Shown: positions 59,290-64,000 of the stretch, in pieces
How positions within the stretch are numbered: position 1 is the first letter of the stretch
How the letters are laid out: every line of letters begins with the position of its first letter
From: an uncultured Gemmatimonadales bacterium
GTDB taxonomy: Bacteria > Gemmatimonadota > Gemmatimonadetes > Longimicrobiales > Gaopeijiaceae
Length of the DNA: 64,000 nucleotides
Assembly: GCA_963809895.1 (NCBI GenBank)
Contig: CAWELD010000003.1
Coordinates: 1,184,001-1,248,000 of the forward strand
Reading direction: 5' to 3'
Position numbers and translations under genes: made by a program
The notes under the pieces: generated by a model
Seen by the model: the letters and a program-made list of their open reading frames with translations, nothing else
The model's database searches: none
What the model was told of the DNA's origin: nothing

Positions 59290-60785
59290 CGCTCACCCCC
59301 CCGATCGAGGTCGTCGCCGGGATGGGAGAGGGCGGCGAGAATGAGCTTGCGACGCTCGGCTCCCGTGAGCGCCTCCCGAGGCCTGCGGGCCAGCCTCCAG
59401 AAGACCGCGCCGAGCACCACCCACGTACCGAGGACGACCCCCTCCGTCGATACGCCTGTCGGCTTCAGGAACAGTTGATTGATCGCCAGGAGGAGGATGA
59501 AGATGGATCCCGCGACGGCCAGGCCGGCGGTGAGAGAGCCCCCGGGCGCACGGTAGGGTCGAACCGCATGCGGACGGGTCCGCCGCAGCTGAATCAGGCA
59601 CGCCGCCGTTACCAGGAACGCCACGGCGAAGCAGATGCCGGACAGGTTCACGATGGGCGTGATGGCGTTGCGTCCGGCGAAGGCCCCGATCGTCCCGACC
59701 GAGCCTACGAACAGAACAGCATGGCCAGGTGAACCATACCGCCCCTGGACGCGGCCGAAGGTCGTGGGGATCAAATGAGCGCGCCCGAGCGCGAAGAGCA
59801 CCCGGGCGCCGCCGAGGAAGGTGGTGTTCCAGGTCGTGACGAGACCCAGCAACGCGGCGAGGAGCACCACCTTGCCGATCCCCGCGATGGGGAATGCACC
59901 TTCGAAGGCTGCTGCAGCAGGAAGATCGGCGTCCAGGAGCTGCTGCCACGGCTGCGTCATGGAGGCTGACAGGATCACGAGACAGTAGAAGACGGCCGCC
60001 AGCCCGATGGACAAGAGCACCATCTTGCCGACGACCGCGAGCCGCGTTCCCTCCGAGACCTCCTCCAGCGCCTGAGGAATCACGTTGAACCCGGAAAACC
60101 AGAATGGGACCGTCATGAACACCGCGAACATGCCGGCAAGCCCATCGCCGCCCCCCGAGCCGAAGTAGGGCCGTAGATTCGCGGGATCCCCCCACACCAG
60201 CCCCGAACCAATAAAGACCAACGACAACCCAAGCAGGACGAACGTCAGGATATCCTGGAGCCGAGCGGCGGATCCACCGCCCCGATAGTTGAACCACGTC
60301 AGCAGGCTCATTCCGCCCACGCCGATGACGATGTCCCCCAGGTGGACGGGAGCACCGAGGCTCGTGTACAAAACGGGCCCCTCCAAGGCGGGAAAGAGGG
60401 CGGCGACAACCCACCCGATCGATATCGCCTCGAAGGTCGTGACTCCCACATACGCGAGGCCCAACAGCCACCCGACGGCGTACGCGGACCGGACGCCGAA
60501 GACCTCGTGGGCGTAGGCCACCTCGCCTCCGGCCACGGGAAGGAGGGTTGCGACCTCGGCGTAGCACAGGCCGATCAACATCATGAGGATGGCGCCCGCG
60601 CCGAATGCGAGCATCGCGCCAAGCGGGCCCGCCTGGTCCAGCCATTCTCCCAACACGATCACCCAGCCGACACCGATGATCGCCCCGAAGGCGAGCGTGA
60701 AGTACTGGACCGACCCAATCGCCCGCTTGAGAGTTCCGGTGGACTCGGCGACGTTCGCGTCGGGATCTGTGGCCGTGGACTTCAT
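59286..60785 (-). CDS. APC-family amino acid permease (paralogue of 48138-49598)
   Basis: FGAIIGVGW, YAEV..PVAGGE, about 12 TM segments, YRAPGG. Confidence 0.92.
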   Translation of the reverse strand: MKSTATDPDANVAESTGTLKRAIGSVQYFTLAFGAIIGVGWVIVLGEWLDQAGPLGAMLAFGAGAILMMLIGLCYAEVATLLPVAGGEVAYAHEVFGVRSAYAVGWLLGLAYVGVTTFEAISIGWVVAALFPALEGPVLYTSLGAPVHLGDIVIGVGGMSLLTWFNYRGGGSAARLQDILTFVLLGLSLVFIGSGLVWGDPANLRPYFGSGGGDGLAGMFAVFMTVPFWFSGFNVIPQALEEVSEGTRLAVVGKMVLLSIGLAAVFYCLVILSASMTQPWQQLLDADLPAAAAFEGAFPIAGIGKVVLLAALLGLVTTWNTTFLGGARVLFALGRAHLIPTTFGRVQGRYGSPGHAVLFVGSVGTIGAFAGRNAITPIVNLSGICFAVAFLVTAACLIQLRRTRPHAVRPYRAPGGSLTAGLAVAGSIFILLLAINQLFLKPTGVSTEGVVLGTWVVLGAVFWRLARRPREALTGAERRKLILAALSHPGDDLDRGGER

Positions 60786-60791
60786 CCGTGC

Positions 60792-61784
60792 CTACCGTGC
60801 TTCCGCTGCGCCGAGCTTGGGATAGCGGGTAGGCGTGTCCGACAGACCCAGAATCTTCCGTGCCTGCGCGGGGGCTGCAACCTCTCGATTCAGCTCGTGC
60901 GCGATCCGCACCGCCCGCTCCACCACCTCCCCATTTCCCTTCAGCTTGCGCCCGCGGCTGAAGTATATGTTGTCCTCCAGCCCCACCCGCACATGTCCTC
61001 CCATGAGGGTGGCCAGCGTCGTCATCGGCAGCTGGAACGGACCAATCCCGGACATGAGCCACTGCGTGCCGGCCGGGAACTCCCTCACGATCTGGAGCAC
61101 GTTGTCCACGGTCGGATAGCTCGACGTCTGATAGCCCATCACCGTCTGGATCCAATAGGGTGGCTCGATGAGCTCCAGCCGGGCGAGCTCGTCGATCACC
61201 CAGGAGCCGCCAGGCTGATACGTCTCCATTTCCGGCTTGATGCCGCGCTTCTTCATCTCGGTCGCCAACCATTCGATGATGGCATAGGTCCAGGGCAGGC
61301 AGGCGTCGATCTCCATCGCTTCCCGAGGATCGGGAAGCGGTGCCTCCCGAGCCTTCAGGTGGAAACGGACCATTTCCGGAGACAGATTGAGCGACGCTAT
61401 CTCCGGGTTCGCGTCCAGGCAGCTCGCCCGCTCCTCCATGGTCGCATGGTGGCTGGCGCCCGTGGTGTCATTGATGATGATGTCCGGACAGCGTTCCCGG
61501 ATCCGGCGATTGACCTCAAGCCAGTGCTCGGCCGTCGTGGCGGCCGAGGCCTGCCGGTCTGGGTGACGAGCGTGAACGTGCACCATGGATGCCCCGGCGT
61601 CGTACGCCTCGCCGACCGAGTCCGCGATCTCTTCCGGTGTCTCTGGGATCGCTTCGTTGTATTCCTTGCCCTGCAGCCCACCGTTGCACGCCACGCAGAT
61701 GATCATCGGAGGCATCCCTTCGCGGACGCGCTCCATGAATGCATAGCAGTCCGTATAGTCCCAGGTTTCGGTTATGTCAGGCAT
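60792..61784 (-). CDS. Beta-keto acid cleavage enzyme (BKACE / DUF849 / Kce family)
   Basis: IICVACNG, PETPEEI, AGASMVHVHAR, NDTTG, PEIASL, KPEME, GGHVRVGLEDN. Confidence 0.93.
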   Translation of the reverse strand: MPDITETWDYTDCYAFMERVREGMPPMIICVACNGGLQGKEYNEAIPETPEEIADSVGEAYDAGASMVHVHARHPDRQASAATTAEHWLEVNRRIRERCPDIIINDTTGASHHATMEERASCLDANPEIASLNLSPEMVRFHLKAREAPLPDPREAMEIDACLPWTYAIIEWLATEMKKRGIKPEMETYQPGGSWVIDELARLELIEPPYWIQTVMGYQTSSYPTVDNVLQIVREFPAGTQWLMSGIGPFQLPMTTLATLMGGHVRVGLEDNIYFSRGRKLKGNGEVVERAVRIAHELNREVAAPAQARKILGLSDTPTRYPKLGAAEAR

Positions 61785-62499
61785 GATCCTCGTCCGGTGA
61801 ACGTGGTTTGAGGGCCGTTCGACGCGACAACGCCCTCCAGGTGGAGGACCGGTTGCTCCGAAGGATGTCCCGCGCTTCGTCGAAGTCGCCGCGCCGTACT
61901 GCATCGAGCATAGCCTCGTGCTCCATCGGGGCATTCTGCCACTCGGTGGCCCCGCTCGTGAACCGATCCTCGAACACTCTCGAGAACTCCCAGATTTCGA
62001 GACGGCGCACTTGAGAACGGAGGTCGTCCGCCAGGTCACGCACAACGGAGTTGCCGCTGAAGACCGCAAGCAGATGATGGAACCGATCATTGGAGTCGAT
62101 GCACGTCTCCACATCGCCCCGTTCCGACGCCAGGCGGTACTTCTGGTTTACCGCCTCCAGCTGCTCGAACTCCTCCGGACCGAGGCGAGGGAACGCCAGC
62201 TCCCCCGCCAGGACCTCCACGGCGCACAACAGCGGATACCGTTCCAACAGGTCGTCGATGGATGGTTCCGGCACTCGGTAGCCTCGCTGGGGGATCCGCT
62301 CCAGGAATCCGTCTCCCGCGAGCCGGGCGAGAGCTTCGCGAATAGGCGTTCGGCTCACGCCCATGGCCGTTGCCAGCTCGCTCTCCCGGACGAAGGCGCG
62401 AGCCTTCAACTCACCGTTCAGGATCTTCTCTCGCACGGCATCGTGGACCCTCTCCGAGAGCGTCTCGCCGGTCGACAGCGTTGGCCATGTCGCATCCAT
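61777..62499 (-). CDS. GntR-family regulator (FCD domain)
   Basis: ESELATAMGVSRTPIREAL..DGFL; NDRFH, EHEAMLDA. Confidence 0.92.
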   Translation of the reverse strand: MDATWPTLSTGETLSERVHDAVREKILNGELKARAFVRESELATAMGVSRTPIREALARLAGDGFLERIPQRGYRVPEPSIDDLLERYPLLCAVEVLAGELAFPRLGPEEFEQLEAVNQKYRLASERGDVETCIDSNDRFHHLLAVFSGNSVVRDLADDLRSQVRRLEIWEFSRVFEDRFTSGATEWQNAPMEHEAMLDAVRRGDFDEARDILRSNRSSTWRALSRRTALKPRSPDEDHA

Positions 62500-62576
62500 G
62501 TGTGAAAATCCGCTTGTCAGGGTGTCATGTGCGTGACGGAGGGTCGAGGCTGCTGCGCGTCGTTACCGGGCGGTAT

Positions 62577-63548
62577 TCAAGGATGTGGCGTTTCGCGCTT
62601 GAGATGTCGCATCCGCTGGATGAGGACATCCCTCCACCGAGCGATGTCCTTCACAGCCGCACCGTTCTCCATCCGATCGGTATCCTGGGCGAGCCGTGCC
62701 AGGAAGGGGTCCTCGAACGCCGGCGTGGGGGCGAGATCTTCCATGATGTCCTGGTAGGTGTCGCGGTAGAGCGTGAAATACTCCTTCACCCCTCCCTTGG
62801 CGTTGGTGTTGGCCACGCCGAACGGTCCCAGGAGAGCCCACCGGAGCCCGAGGCCATCTCGTACGACGGCGTCCACCGCGTCGACGGTCGCCACCCCCCG
62901 CTCCACCAGCGAAAGGGCCTCGCGGAGCAGGGCCGCCTGGAGGCGGTTGAGAACGAAGCCGGGAACGAAGAAGGCCATGGCGACGGGCGTCTGGCCCAGC
63001 TCGGCCAGGAACTGCGTCGTCCGCTCGACCACCTCTGGGTCGGTGGAGGGCCCCGGAAGGACCTCCACACAGGGGATTACGTGGGGAGGGTTGGTCGGAT
63101 GTGCGACGATGCACCGCCCGGCGCAGGGGAGACCATCCGCGATCGCTGCCATGTCGATTGCCGACGTGCTGCTCGCCAGAATCGTGGATCCCGAGGTCGC
63201 CTCGCACAGGGCCGTGAACACGTCTCGCTTGATCTCCAGTCGCTCGGGACAGCTCTCCTGGACGTAGGCGACGCTCGACGCCGCATCCGCGAGCGAGGAC
63301 GCCCGCACGACCCGACGCTGCTGGTCCGAAGCCTCCGAAGCTGTGAGGGTCCCGTCGGCCACATCCATCGCGAGGCTTCGCTCCACCCATTCGAGGGCGG
63401 CACCGAGGCTCAATGGATCGGCATCCCAGACCCGGGTCTCCATGGCCCTGGCAAACACCCGGATCCAGCTTCGGCCCACGACACCGGTGCCGACGACCGC
63501 CGCGGATCGTCCAGTCTCCGCGGGCTGCGTTCCTGAGGGAGGGGTCAT
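62577..63548 (-). CDS. 3-hydroxyacyl-CoA dehydrogenase-family enzyme (carnitine / L-gulonate 3-dehydrogenase-like)
   Basis: GTGVVGRSW, VQESCPERLEIK, LASSTS, AHPTNPPH, GFVLNRLQ, GLGLRWA. Confidence 0.9.
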   Translation of the reverse strand: MTPPSGTQPAETGRSAAVVGTGVVGRSWIRVFARAMETRVWDADPLSLGAALEWVERSLAMDVADGTLTASEASDQQRRVVRASSLADAASSVAYVQESCPERLEIKRDVFTALCEATSGSTILASSTSAIDMAAIADGLPCAGRCIVAHPTNPPHVIPCVEVLPGPSTDPEVVERTTQFLAELGQTPVAMAFFVPGFVLNRLQAALLREALSLVERGVATVDAVDAVVRDGLGLRWALLGPFGVANTNAKGGVKEYFTLYRDTYQDIMEDLAPTPAFEDPFLARLAQDTDRMENGAAVKDIARWRDVLIQRMRHLKRETPHP

Positions 63549-63585
63549 GTGTCCTTCCGGGAGTTGGTGGGGTGGATTGCTAAAT

Positions 63586-63621
63586 CGTATAGATTATACG
63601 TGGACAATTTCTCTCACGCAA
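63586..63621 (-). promoter_or_regulatory. Sigma70-type promoter with overlapping palindromic operator
   Basis: Minus strand TTGCGT (63616-63621)-17 bp-TATAAT (63593-63598); CGTATA-N3-TATACG (63586-63600) covers the -10. Confidence 0.72.
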
Positions 63622-64000
63622 AGACCCGCCCTGCAGCTCTCACCGGACGAGCCGGCCTGAAAGGGGATGACGAGAGGACCAGGTCGAACTCGTACCCCAG
63701 GCCGATGGAGTCCTGTCGAAGTTGTCTCCGCCTTCAGACCGTGCCGCTGACCCGGGAAGAAGGGCGTGGTGGATCGGTCGAGTACAGATGTCCCCGGGGC
63801 ACGCGGAGGACCGGCTCGATCGTGAAGACGGGATGATCGGCCTGATCTCGGAGAGGATTGCCTCGCACACCGCGAGGCAGGACGTCACGTAGAAGACCTG
63901 GTGGGACTACCAGAACAGCGTGGACGAGTGTGTGGTCGGTGCGCCTTGGATGATCGCCAGCCCTTCCGGCCCGCGAGATCCGCTGCGACGGTCCTAACTC

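Noticed and set aside
63640..64000. Short ORFs at the window end
   Set aside because: No family motif or clear RBS; possibly a decayed gene but unsupported
1..64000. Anti-phage defence system, prophage, rRNA/tRNA or NRPS/PKS biosynthetic cluster
   Set aside because: No intact nuclease, integrase, phage structural, carrier-protein or RNA gene signatures recognised; the island's enzyme set reads as catabolic

Overview
High-GC bacterial window. The TPR-tailed Ser/Thr kinases and small lipoproteins suggest Gemmatimonadota (inference). It has four blocks. (1) 1-10.2 kb: a copper locus with a sensor kinase, cusC/B/A-like RND efflux genes followed by copC/copD, and a DUF411 protein. A shared composite operator lies upstream of cusC and of DUF411. 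(2) 10.4-26.4 kb: mixed metabolic, transport and regulatory genes, plus an intergenic array of 37-bp palindromes with a 61-bp period. (3) 26.5-34.5 kb: a decay zone of deletion-fused remnants (toxin-antitoxin, tricorn protease, kinase, IS21, IS1182) around an intact kinase. (4) 33.7-63.6 kb: a ~30-kb catabolic island of two convergent arms. It combines peptidases and amidases (two CocE/NonD, S9, M24, two amidohydrolases, MBL), two paralogous APC permeases, CoA ligases, thiolases, an Eis-like GNAT, a beta-keto acid cleavage enzyme (BKACE) with a carnitine/gulonate-type 3-hydroxy acid dehydrogenase, GntR and an orphan ECF sigma factor. A conserved ECF-like promoter motif, TAGGTACAA-N15-CGTC, precedes three transcription units of the island. 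No rRNA, tRNA or cas genes were recognised. All calls come from reading motifs by eye; no database search was run.
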